Below, one piece after another: positions 39,701 through 51,400 of a stretch of 64,000 nt of DNA (position 1 is the first letter of the stretch; each line of letters begins with the position of its first letter). The DNA comes from Balanoglossus misakiensis (lineage: Eukaryota; Animalia; Hemichordata), in contig CM082578.2 of assembly GCA_040954595.2 (NCBI GenBank), positions 2,710,831 through 2,774,830 of the forward strand, in the 5' to 3' direction. Both the position numbers and the translations under genes were made by a program. The notes beneath the pieces were generated by a model, which searched no databases, had not been told where the DNA came from, and saw only the letters and a program-made list of their open reading frames with translations.

Positions 39701-42700
39701 AAAACTTTGCCCATATATGGTCATCAGATCACATGACTTATTAAACATTCACGAGGGTACTGCACCAGCTCTCATAGGCCTGCATCACTGTGCCAAGTTT
39801 GAGATTTGTAGGTTCAGCCGTTTTCAAGATCCTATTGGGCAAAAAAACTACACAAGAAAAAGAAGAGGATGAAATATAGCTGCAAGCAGCGATGACGGGC
39901 CCAAGCTTAAGCCGAAGGTCAAAGGTCATAAGTGGTCACCCAAAATTTGGGCAAGAAATTTTGACCCCATACTGGTCCGTGTCCCACAAGAACAAAATCT
40001 CGAGCCCTATTGGTTCGCCTACAATTATGTATGTGCATAATTAATGAGGTAAAGTGTAAGGCTCCATCAGGAGTTCCATCCCTCCAAATGCCAAGGCTGT
40101 AGCTGCTGTGCATGCCGAGATATTGTAAAGTAGGTCAAAGCTCACCTGAGGTCACCCAAAATTTGGGCAAGAAATTTTGACCCCATACTGCTTCATGTTC
40201 AGCAAAAACCAAACCTCTAGTCCTATTGGTTGGCCTGGAATTAGGTATGCACATAATTAATGAGATAAGCAGGTGTCACAGGTGACCCTCAATTTTGGCT
40301 TTTAAATTTTAGTCCCAACCCTCCAAACGCCAAGTCTGTACCTGCTCTGGATGCCGAGATATAGGAAAGTAGGTCAAAGGTCACCTGAGGTCACCCAAAA
40401 TTTGGGCAATTTTTTTTTACCCTTTACTGGTCCATGTCCCACAAGCACAAAACCTCTAGCCCTATTAGTTAGCCCAGAATTAGGTATGCACATAATTAAT
40501 GAGTTAAGCAGGTGTTACAGGTGAGCCCAAAATTTTGCCTTTTATTTTGGTCCCATTCTGCTCACGGGCCAATAGAGAGTCACAGTACAGGACCATTGCA
40601 CAGATGTGGACATAGCATCATAGCTTAACTATAGAAAGTATAGGCCTATGGCTGGGTCCAAAAAATATGAAATATAATATTTAAAAATCTTCTTCTCAAA
40701 ATTGACTTGGCCCAGAGCCTTGAAATTTAGCATGTAGGACACTGACCATATGGTCCGCAAAATGATTGCACAGAATTTTGATATCATCATTCATATGCAA
40801 ATTAGGCCCATTTGAAAACTTTGCCCATATATGGTCATCAGGTCATGTGACTAATTACACATTCACGAGGGTACTGCACAAGCTCTCATAGACCTGCACC
40901 ATTGTGCCAAGTTTGAGATTTGTAGGTTCAGCCGTTTTCAAGATCTACCTGAGCAAAAAAACTACACAAGAAAAAAAAAAAAATATAGCTGCAAGCAGCG
41001 ATGACGGGCCCAAGCTTAAGCCGAAGGTCAAAGGTCATAAGTGGTCACCCAAAATTTGGGCAAGAAATTTTGACCCCATACTGGTCCGTGTCCCACAAGA
41101 ACAAAATCTCTAGCCCTATTGGTTCGCCTACAATTATGTATGTGCATAATTAATGAGGTAAAGTGTAAGGCTCCATCAGGAGTTCCATCCCTCCAAATGC
41201 CAAGGCTGTAGCTGCTGTGCATGCCGAGATATGATAAAGTAGGTCAAAGGTCACCTGAGGTCACCCAAAATTTGGGCAAGAAATTTTGACCCCATACTGG
41301 TCCATGTTCAGCAAAAATTAAACCTCTAGCCCTATTGGTTAGCCTGGAATTAGGTATGCACATAATTAATGAGATATGCAGGTGTCACAGGTGACCCCCA
41401 ATTTTGGCTTTTAAATTTTAGTCCCAACCCTCCAAAACGCCAAGTCTGTACCTGCTCTGGAAGCGGAGATATAGGAAAGTAGGTCAAAGGTCACCTGAGG
41501 TCACCCAAAATTTGGGCAAGAAATTTTGACCCCATACTGGTTCATGTTCAGCAAAAATCAAACCTCTAGTCCTATTGGTTGGCCTGGAATTAGGTATGCA
41601 CATAATTAATGAGATAAGCAGGTGTCACAGGTGACCCTCAATTTTGGCTTTTAAATTTTAGTCCCAACCCTCCAAACGCCAAGTCTGTACCTGCTCTGGA
41701 TGCCGAGATATAGGAAAGTAGGTCAAAGGTCACCTGAGGTCACCCAAAATTTGGGCAATTTTTTTTTACCCTATACTGGTCCATGTCCCACAAGCACAAA
41801 ACCTCTAGCCCTATTAGTTAGCCTAGAATTAGGTATGCACATAATTAATGAGTTAAGCAGGTGTTACAGGTGAGCCCAAAATTTTGCCTTTTATTTTGGT
41901 CCCATTTTGCTCACGGGCCAATAGAGAATCACAGTACAGGACCATTGCACAGATGTGGACATAGCATCATAGCTTAACTATTGAAAGTATAGGCCTATGG
42001 CTGGGTCCAAAAAATATGAAATATAATATTTAAAAATCTTCTTCTCAAAATTGACTTGGCCCAGAGCCTTGAAATTTAGCATGTAGGACACTGACCATAT
42101 GGTCCGCAAAATGATTGCACAGAATTTTGATATCGTCATTCATATGCAAATTAGGCCCATTTGAAAACTTTGCCCATATATGGTCATCAGGTCATGTGAC
42201 TAATTACACATTCACAAGGGTACTGCACGAGCTCTCATAGACCTGCACCATTGTGCCAAGTTTGAGATTTGTAGGTTCAGCCGTTTTCAAGATCTACCTG
42301 AGCAAAAAAACTACACAAGAAAAAAAAAAAAAAAAAAAAGATGAAAAACCCCAGTAATACCAATAGGGCACAAGCCTGCTTGGCTTGTGCCCTAAAAATA
42401 TAGCTGCAAGCAGCGATGACGGGCACAAGCTTAAGCCGAAGGTCAAAGGACATATGTGGTCACCCAAAATTTGGGCAAAAAATTTTGACCCCATACTAGT
42501 GCAGGTCCAACAAAAACCAGACCTCTAGCCCTATTGGTTCGCCTAGAATTAGATATGCACATAATAAATGAGGTAAAGTATAAGGCTCCATTAGGAGTTC
42601 CATGCCTCCAAATGCCAAGGCTGTATCTGCATGGGTTGCCGAGATACGGTAAAGTAGGTCAAAGGTCACCTGAGGTCACCCTAAATTGGGCAAGAAATTT

Positions 42701-43723
42701 TAACCCCATACTGGTCCATGTTCAACAAAAATCAAACCTCTAGCCCTATTGGCTAGCCTGGAATTAGGTATGCACATAATTAATGAGATATGCAGGTGTC
42801 ACAGGTGACCCCCAATTTTGTCTTTTCAATTTTAGTCACAACCCTCCAAACGCCAAGTCTGTACCTGCTGTGGATGCCGAGATATAGGAAAGTAGGTCAA
42901 AGGTCACCTGAGGTCACCCAAAATTTGGGCAAAAATTTTTGATCCCATACTGGTCCATGTCCCACAAGAACAAAACCTCTAGCCCTAATAGTTAGCCCGG
43001 AATTAGGTATGCACATAATTAATGAGTTAAGCAGGTGTTACAGGTGAGCCCAAAATTTTGTCTTTTATTTTGGTCCCATTCAGCTCACGGGCCACTAGAC
43101 TGTCACTGTACAGGACAATTGCACAGACGTGGACATAGCGTCATAGCTTAACTATAGAAAGTATAGGCCTATGGCTGGGTCCACAAATATGACAAATAAT
43201 ATTTAATAATCTTCTTCTCACAATAGATTTGGCGCACGGCCTTGACATTTGGCATGTAGGACACTGACCACATGTTCCGCAAAAATTGCTAAAAGAATTT
43301 TGATATCTCCATTCATATGCAAATTAGGCCCATTTGAAAACTTTGCCCATATATGGTCATCAGGTCACATGACTTATTAAACATTCACGAGGGTACTGCA
43401 CCAGCTCTCATAGGCCTGCATCACTGTGCCAAGTTTGGGATTTGTAGGTTCAGCCGTTTTCAAGATCCTATTGGGCAAAAAAACTACACAAGAAAAAGAA
43501 GAGGATGAAAAACCCCAGTAATACCAATAGGGCACAAGCCTGCTTGGCTTGTGCCCTAAAAAGATGAAAAACCCCAGTAATACCAATAGGGCACAAGCCT
43601 GCTTGGCTTGTGCCCTAAAAACCCCAGTAATACCAATAGGGCACAAGCCTGCTTGGCTTGTGCCCTAAAAACTCCAGCAATAACAGAAGGGGACCAAGCG
43701 CCTGAGGGCGCTTGGTCCCCTAA
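36782..43723 (-). mobile_element. Nest of five Helentron-type non-autonomous elements (HINE/DINE-like)
   Basis: Five AT(A/T)(T/A)AGCTGCAAGCAGCG termini (36782, 38762, 39874, 40983, 42398) and five GC-rich hairpin termini (ending ~42395, 43559, 43618, 43668, 43723); ~120/240-bp internal subrepeats; no TSD; insertions in A/T tracts. Confidence 0.85.
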
Positions 43724-45055
43724 ATACATACCAATGCTAAGTGAACTGCAAGGGTGCATATTACAGCTGCGCTGGTGACTCCACTCATAAACCCAAATAA
43801 GACAAGATTCTGCAATGCTGAAGTCAGGATATAGGAGTATGAAAGTAGAAGTGGCACCCAAACCACACACCCACTATGGGTATGCATGGGTGAAGCAAAA
43901 TGTTTGACACAAGTATTAGAAGCAAGAGCCAGGGTTATTTACACAAAGGCTAACAAGGCAATACAAAGCAGTATACTCTGTTTATATGTTCTCCAAAGAT
44001 GTCAGTCAACATACTGTGTTACGTATGTTCTATAATTTGCGCATTTTTTAGAACATGAAAGAAGACTTCCAATCATTGTAGGGACGAACTCTCAATTTCA
44101 TGATCCACATTTTCTGAATTCAAATCTGTAAGCAATTCCAAATTCTTTACTGACACCCTGTTACCTGTATCAAAGGGTCAACTATTATTATCACAAATTC
44201 TACGATTTAGTCTTCCAAGGCCCCACCTAATCCAGTTCTTGAATGAAACTGATTTTCCATGGACTCTCCTCGTCAAGTTATGCATGGCAATCCATTGTTA
44301 ATGACACTGTCTCTACTGGATCGACAGTTAAAGGGGCGAAATCATAACACCAAACAAATAACCCACAAAAGTGACAAATTGGCGATGACATGAAGAAATT
44401 CACACAAAGTGGTGTCTGCTGGGAGCTGTATCAAACCTCACTGCAAACAACACGTCACAATACCATCCAATATGGACCAATAGCCACATTAGATTATACT
44501 GCGAAACAAATCAATGTAAGAATTAACACCTCTCTGCAACTCATTGTCTATGGGGCCGAGCCTCAGCGCCTATACATAAACTTTGTGTGTGTGGACACAA
44601 GCGACTCAAAGGATTAATTCTCTGTGTTTACAAAAGGCAAATAGTGTCTCCGAAACGTTTCAAATTTTTACCAGTGTGACCGTGGTATAATAAACAGGTA
44701 CCCTACACTTTGAATGACACACACACTTACACCACACACACAAACAAACAAACAAACATAAATACCCTATAACTATACTATATTATAACTAACTATAACT
44801 ACAAGTAACAACTAACAAAATAACTTAATATACCTATATAAATAAACCGTTCAAATACAGATGTGTACACCAAAATTAACTAAATTTACACAAATATATA
44901 AAAATGCATGGCAGGGATGCCCCCAAAACTACCGTAAGCACTGCAAGCTGGGAGTCCATGCGTCTACGGACCTCTGTTGACAGATGAGTCATCATGGAGA
45001 CTGCATGGTAGTTGGACTTCTGGTCCAAATCATCTTGCAGCATTCCTCTGCTATG

Positions 45056-45452
45056 GTGGCATACAGATCAATCTCCGCCATCCTTCAACACAGCATCTAG
45101 TTTCTGCATGGTACTATTGGTAGTCGGACTTCAATCTGCCAGTTGGCACACAGATCAGTGTTCTCCATCCTGCAAACCAGCATCTAGTTTCTGCATGGTA
45201 CTATTGGTAGTAGGACTTCAATCTGCCAGGTGGCATACGGATCAATGTTCTCCATCCTGCAAACCAGCATCTAGTTTCTGCATGGTACTATTGGTAGTCG
45301 GACTTCAATCTGCCAGGTGGCATACGGATCAATGTTCTCCATCCTGCAAACCAGCATCTAGTTTCTGCATGGTACTATTGGTAGTCGGACTTCAATCTGC
45401 CAGGTGGCATACGGATCAATGTTCTCCATCCTGCAAACCAGCATCTAGTTTC
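45056..45452. repeat. 87-bp tandem repeat, about 4.5 copies
   Basis: Unit CAGCATCTAGTTTCTGCATGGTACTATTGGTAGTCGGACTTCAATCTGCCAGGTGGCATACGGATCAATGTTCTCCATCCTGCAAAC. Confidence 0.97.
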
Positions 45453-48400
45453 TCGTATCTGAAAAAAGAAAACAGATGCCGTACAGGAAAAGTATAAATG
45501 ATGAGCTGAGGGTCGTGGTGACAATGAGGAGTAATTTGACTGCATGTGACACAAAAGACAGCTTCTGTGATCAAACACCCTCTATAACTCCAGGCATTGT
45601 CTTTGCAGTACACATGCCAGGTAATGCAAAAAATCCATCAAGTAGTACTATATGCAGTCTACATCGACAATGAATCATGCTCAGTTTTTATGGACTTGTT
45701 ATTTTGTGCCATTCTAAATGACTTCTGGGTGTTTTGTTGGGTGCTTGTTAAACTTGTAACGAGCAGTAATGAGCGGAAATTTGCAGTAATGACCAATAAC
45801 ATCCTAGAAATAGACAGAATGAGTAATCACGGATTCTGTGGAAATGACCATCTTTTCCAATTTCATATAGTCATCTGAAGTTATGCAATAAGTGTCAATT
45901 ATCATGACCATTTTCACGGAACTAGACAGTTGTTTAATTTCATATCATCACCAGAAAAACTTGTCACAGTCGATGACATCGTTCACGCTGGTTTGATGTT
46001 CTGGGAATTTGGGCTCGAGTGTTGGTTAGTTTTTGCACAACTTTAAATGTTGTGCGTTGACTTAGATGTTTTCATCTATGTGAACTGGCATACTCTGAAT
46101 GTTTGAAGAAACTTTACAAACCCCATATAAATTCCCATCTACATAAAATGGAGCAGCAAACAGTTATATTGATATTAGGCCAGAGAGAACAATCTTGTTC
46201 ATTGGATTGTTTTGACCTAGTTCCAGGAGCAGCGAGCGAAGAAATTTTTTTAAATGTTTTTAGGCCGAAGGTAAAACCAGTTCTCTGGCATATTTGCACA
46301 GATGCAGACAGTGCGAGATAATTGTTTTGCTTTTTACCAGAAATATCTCTGATACATGTACTGTACTTGTAACTGAATTCAATACTGTATTTCCCCAGCA
46401 AAAAAACCAGGCCATTATATATCAGTTGGTGTTTGCACAATATATTCTGAGTATTTAACAGGCTCTCAGAATAAAATAAAATGCACAGTAAATCACTGAA
46501 ATCCAACAATTAAGTATTATTCTTTAATATTGTCCTGGTGGGATCTAACATCATTTTACTTTGGCCCCATGTCTTGGCCTCTTTACTGTCTCTCCACATT
46601 CTACACGATGGTCTAACAACACTGTACAGACTACCTCTCACTACACACACTGTTTCACACTGGGAGTGTGAGAACAAATTGATCCCACACTTTCACTGAA
46701 TCGAAAGCTGAATCTGACGCTAGCGCTGATTGGTTGACAAAGCGTTCTTTTGCAAATGCGCTCTAAATCTTATCCAATGGCGCGAGACTACAACGTGCCT
46801 AGACTACAGTTCCAGAGTCGTTTATTCATTTTTTTAACGAATTTGGCTAAATTGTGACCGTTTGAGAAATATAATCTCACACACCAAGGACCTGGGATCA
46901 TATTTTTCACACTCGTCGGACAGAAAACCCCAACTCTTGTGAGAAATATGATCCCAGGTCCTTGGGTGTGTGAGATTCTATTATTCTGGTCATGGTAGTC
47001 ATGTCTAATTTGTTCCAGTCTGCACCAAGTACGTCAAACAGCTGAATAATATCATTGTAATAGCTTTTGGGAAACTTTTATTTTGTCAGGCAGACCAACA
47101 TCAGTAGCAGTGGACATCATGATCAAAAACGCATTTTGAATGTGGCTGCCAGTATCAGATGGTGCTGTACAGGCGGAAGTCGATGGAATGGCTTTGTGTG
47201 CAAATTGATTGTCTTATTAGGCACATTGAACACTGCAAAATTCATGTTGAACTCGCTGTAGACTGACACCTCAGATCGTATTTAAACATCAACGCAACCA
47301 TGTGTTTTGTCGCTGTCATAATTTTTATACACTTTCGATGCAATTTTCATTCAACCAGATGCACCATCAATCTGCTGTGACGATCTTGTTAAACAAATTG
47401 CAAAACGAAACATCAGGACAAACACTGAATAGCGTCTTTCGAACAAATCTGTTCGCCGTCACATCGAATGTTAGAGATCAAATTAATACTCATGATGTGA
47501 CATGTACCAACCTTTACAGAACGAGGAAATGTGTGCCCAAAGCTACCCACTGCGCGTTGTCATTCGCCCAAATTCAGACATCAGAACAATGTGTTTGCGG
47601 ACAACTCAGTCCAAACATGTCGGAAGTCTAATTCAAAATCCTATGCTCGCGAAAACCTGAGAAAGTGTAGGGCGCCACCAACGGCAGTACTAAGAATATT
47701 TGTAATGCAGAAGTAAGAATTTGCCATGATCCAAACAAATAAAAATTCCAAAACAGCCAAAGTAGAAGCAGCAATTCCATGAACAATTTATTTTTTCTTC
47801 CTGGCCTTAAGTCTTAGCATTTATTTGTCTTTTTCCACATTATCAGTAAAAAATCTTCATTTCTGAAGTGATAGGCTGAAATTTAGCATGAAGCTTCTTA
47901 CAGGTTGTCTGAGTTGCCATTTTTTGTTTTGTTTAAATTGTTGCAAAACTGCATGTCAGAGTACTTTGAAGTTTGAAATTTGTTAGGCATGTTCCTAGAG
48001 GTAACTCCAAAAAGATGCTGTAAAACAATTTGTGATATTTGCATAATTGCGCGATTGGTAAAATTTTTGCAATATTTGTCAAAAATTGTTTTCTCTGAAA
48101 CCGCTTGTCACATTGCTGTAAACTATGGCAGACATGTTCCTTGAGGTGATTGAAGATATTGTACAATTATGGAGATATTCGCACACGTTTTTGTGTTTTT
48201 TTGCCACTTTTGAACATTCAAATATTGTTTTCTGTGAAACTGATTGTTGGATTGCTTTTTGTAAATTTCTTTTTGGTTTATATCAAAACTTCTCCAAACC
48301 CAATCGTCCAGTTGTTTTTAAAGTTACTATTTACAAGGAGTTGTTACCCCGAACTAAGACATGCATATGTTTACATAACTTTAATAGGCCACCTGTTACA

Positions 48401-51400
48401 GAGACCACCAGCTATTACATTTTTAAGAGTGAATGGCAGGTCAGTGAGCGTCTCTGTCTGTCTGTGTGTCTGCCTGTCTGTTAGAGGGCTGACTGAAAGA
48501 AGTTGGTCATCATGTGTGTTTGTACAGACAATTTTTGGTCAAAAACAATTTTCGCCAATATTTTCTGGAGTCTACAGCTAGTTCAGAAAATAACAACTTA
48601 ATAATGTGCAGCGGAGATGTCAAAGTTTATTCAAGGCAAACTGATAATGTGGGGCAACTCGTTGCTCCAAAATCCGAACAACTCAGATTGTATGTCAAAC
48701 TAACTCATGTAACGCGACTTATATGCTGCTTATATTCATCATTGGAAATCACAGGCGTCAGAAAAAATGCTTTGTTAGTATTTCGTACTGTAAAGTAGCT
48801 AAAATCGAAAAATCAGTAGCTTAGACGATCTCCCGGTTTCTGTCATACGAGCGCTTACGCTATGTTCAGTCCTTGCCATATACCCTACTAACACATAAAG
48901 AGATCTCTTTATGTGATAGTGGGGTAATTTCTTGACAGGTCATATTAGTGGCTTGTTAGGGCCCAAGCGCATGCAGCGCTTGGGCCCTATTGGTATTGTC
49001 CTGGTTTTTCTTCTACTTTTTAGGGCACAAGCGCCCTCAGGCGCTTGTGCCCTATTGGTATTGTTGGCTTTTTTCTTCTACTGATTTTTTTTCTTGTGCA
49101 GTTTTATCGGCCACTTTGATCTTGAAAACGGCTGAACCTACAAATCTCAAACTTGGCACAGTGGTGCAGGCCTATGAGAGCTAGTGCAGTACCCTCGTGA
49201 ATGTTTAATTAGTCACGTGACCTGATTACCATATATGGGCAAAACGTTCAAATCGGCCTTATTTGCATATGAATGGAGATATCAAAATTCTTTTAGCAAC
49301 TTTTGCGGACCATGTGGTCAGTGTCCTACATGCCAAATGTCAAGGACATTGGCCATGCCAATTTTGAGAAGAAGATTTTTAAGTATTAATTTTCATATTT
49401 TTTGACCAAGCCATGGGCCTATACTTTCCATAGTAAAGCTAAGACCACATATTATTTTGGATAAATATGCATACATATCTCAAAATCTGTTTGGCCAATC
49501 ATCTCCAACTTTGGTGTGCAGCCAGCCTAGCATTTGTCAATAATTTTAAGCGAAAAAAAATAGTATGAAAAATCGACCGATTTTTTTATATTAATTTTTT
49601 GATGAAATTTATACCTTTAATTATACCTCTATGGTTAAGCTATGTCCATGTCTTATTGTGGAATTCTGGTCTGTGCAATAGTCCTGTACATAGTCTGGTC
49701 CCCTGCCCCAATCCCACCGCTGGCTGCGCTACGCTAAAGGGAAAGGGGTCAGGTACGGCCCGATTTCACACCCAGAAACCTGGGTGTGAAACAAGATGGA
49801 TGCCTCCAATGTCCGTATGCCAGTCAAGATTCATCCAGGCAGTTTATTTTGTTTCGTTTGTTGTAAAGTTGGAAATCGAATGATAAACATTCATGGAGGT
49901 GAAGGAGAGAACGGGAAATGAGTATCTTACAACAACTTATCAATTTAACAACTTAATTTTCGTATGTATTGACCAATGAGAGCCATGTTTACAATAGGCC
50001 GTGCCTGACCCTTTCCCTTTAGCGTAGCGCAGCCAGCGGTGGGATTGGGGCAGGGGACCAGACTATCCTGTACAGTGACTGTCTTGTGGTCAGTGAGCAC
50101 AATGGCACCAAAATAGAAGGCAACATTTTAGGCTCACCTGTAACACCTGCTTAACTCATTAATTATGTGCATATCTAATTCTTGGCTAAGTAAGAGGGCT
50201 ACAGGTTTCGTTTATGTGAGACATGGACCAGTATAGGGTCAAAATTTCTTGCCCAAATTTTGGGTGACCTCAGGTGACCTTTGACCTACTTTACTATATC
50301 TCGGCATCCAGAGCAGGTACAGACTTGGCGTTTGGAGGGTTGGGATTAAAATTGAAAAGCCAAAATGGGGGTAACCTGTGACACCTGCATATCTCATTAA
50401 TTATGTGCATACCTAATTGTGGGCTAACTTATAGGGCTGGAGGTTTCGTTCTTGTGGGACATGGGCCAGTATAGGGTCAACAAAATTTGCCCAAAATTTT
50501 GGGTGACCTCAGGTGAACTTTGACCTACTTTCCTATATCTCGGCATCCAGAGCAGGTACAGACTTGGCGTTTGGAGGGTTGGGACTAAAATTGAAAAGCC
50601 AAATTGGGGGTCACCTGTGACACCTGCTATCTCATTAATTATGTGCATACCTAATTCTGGGCTAACTAAAAGGGCTAGAGGTTTCGTTCTTGTAGGACAT
50701 GGACCAGTATGGGGTCAAAAATTTTTGCCAAAAATTTGGGTGACCTCAGGTGACCTTTGACCTACTTTTTCATATCTTGGCATCCAGAGCAAATATGCTT
50801 ATTGCTATGTTGCTATGTGCTATGTTGGCTTGGGCCCGCTATTGCTGCTTGCAGCTATATTTTTTGGTTGTTATTGCTCCTTATTAAAGGTACATGAGCT
50901 GCAACTGAATAAAAAATTAAAGTTTTAAATAATCTCAAATATACTTTTAATTATGTCTATTAAATTATATTTCATGATGATATATCAAGCTCAACACTTA
51001 TTTATGACAAAATGGCCAAAAATTAAAGAAAAAAACGAAAATTCCTGCAATTTTTAAAAAAGTGCAATTTTACAATGAAAAAGGAAAATATAATGTCACA
51101 GCGGTGTACATTTACGTCCATGAGCTCAAGTAGATGAGATCATGTTTTGTTTATGAAGTTTCACAATCGGAAATGCAACATTTTCATTGTTTCTTGCATT
51201 TTCCCACGGTGGCGGCCATATTCGCTTGCGGCAAAGCTTTATTATTTATCTGGTTAAAACTTGCATATGCACTCATATTAAAGTGGAACGTTGTGATCCG
51301 TTTTTGAGCCAATTCTGCGAAATGCGATTAAAAAGTACTATGAAAAACGTTGGTTTCATTCACTTTCACTTACGCATAACAGAGCTACAGCCAGCCAAAA

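Noticed and set aside
43505-43723. Short palindromic direct repeats resembling a CRISPR array
   Set aside because: No unique spacers, no cas genes, eukaryotic context; explained as stacked Helentron hairpin ends
38626-43870. Repeated short ORFs in the Helentron nest
   Set aside because: Products of non-coding subrepeats; no Rep or helicase motifs
45012-45497. 161-aa repetitive Cys-rich plus-strand ORF
   Set aside because: Non-ATG start and open only because the 87-bp unit lacks a stop in that frame; splice signals favour the minus strand
46114-46509. 131-aa minus-strand ORF as a possible extra exon of the coiled-coil gene
   Set aside because: Weak acceptor and no protein-like features; cannot be supported
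47850-48400. Degenerate repeats with AAATTT(G/A)GCATG-like cores
   Set aside because: Probably an old non-autonomous element, but boundaries and family could not be defined
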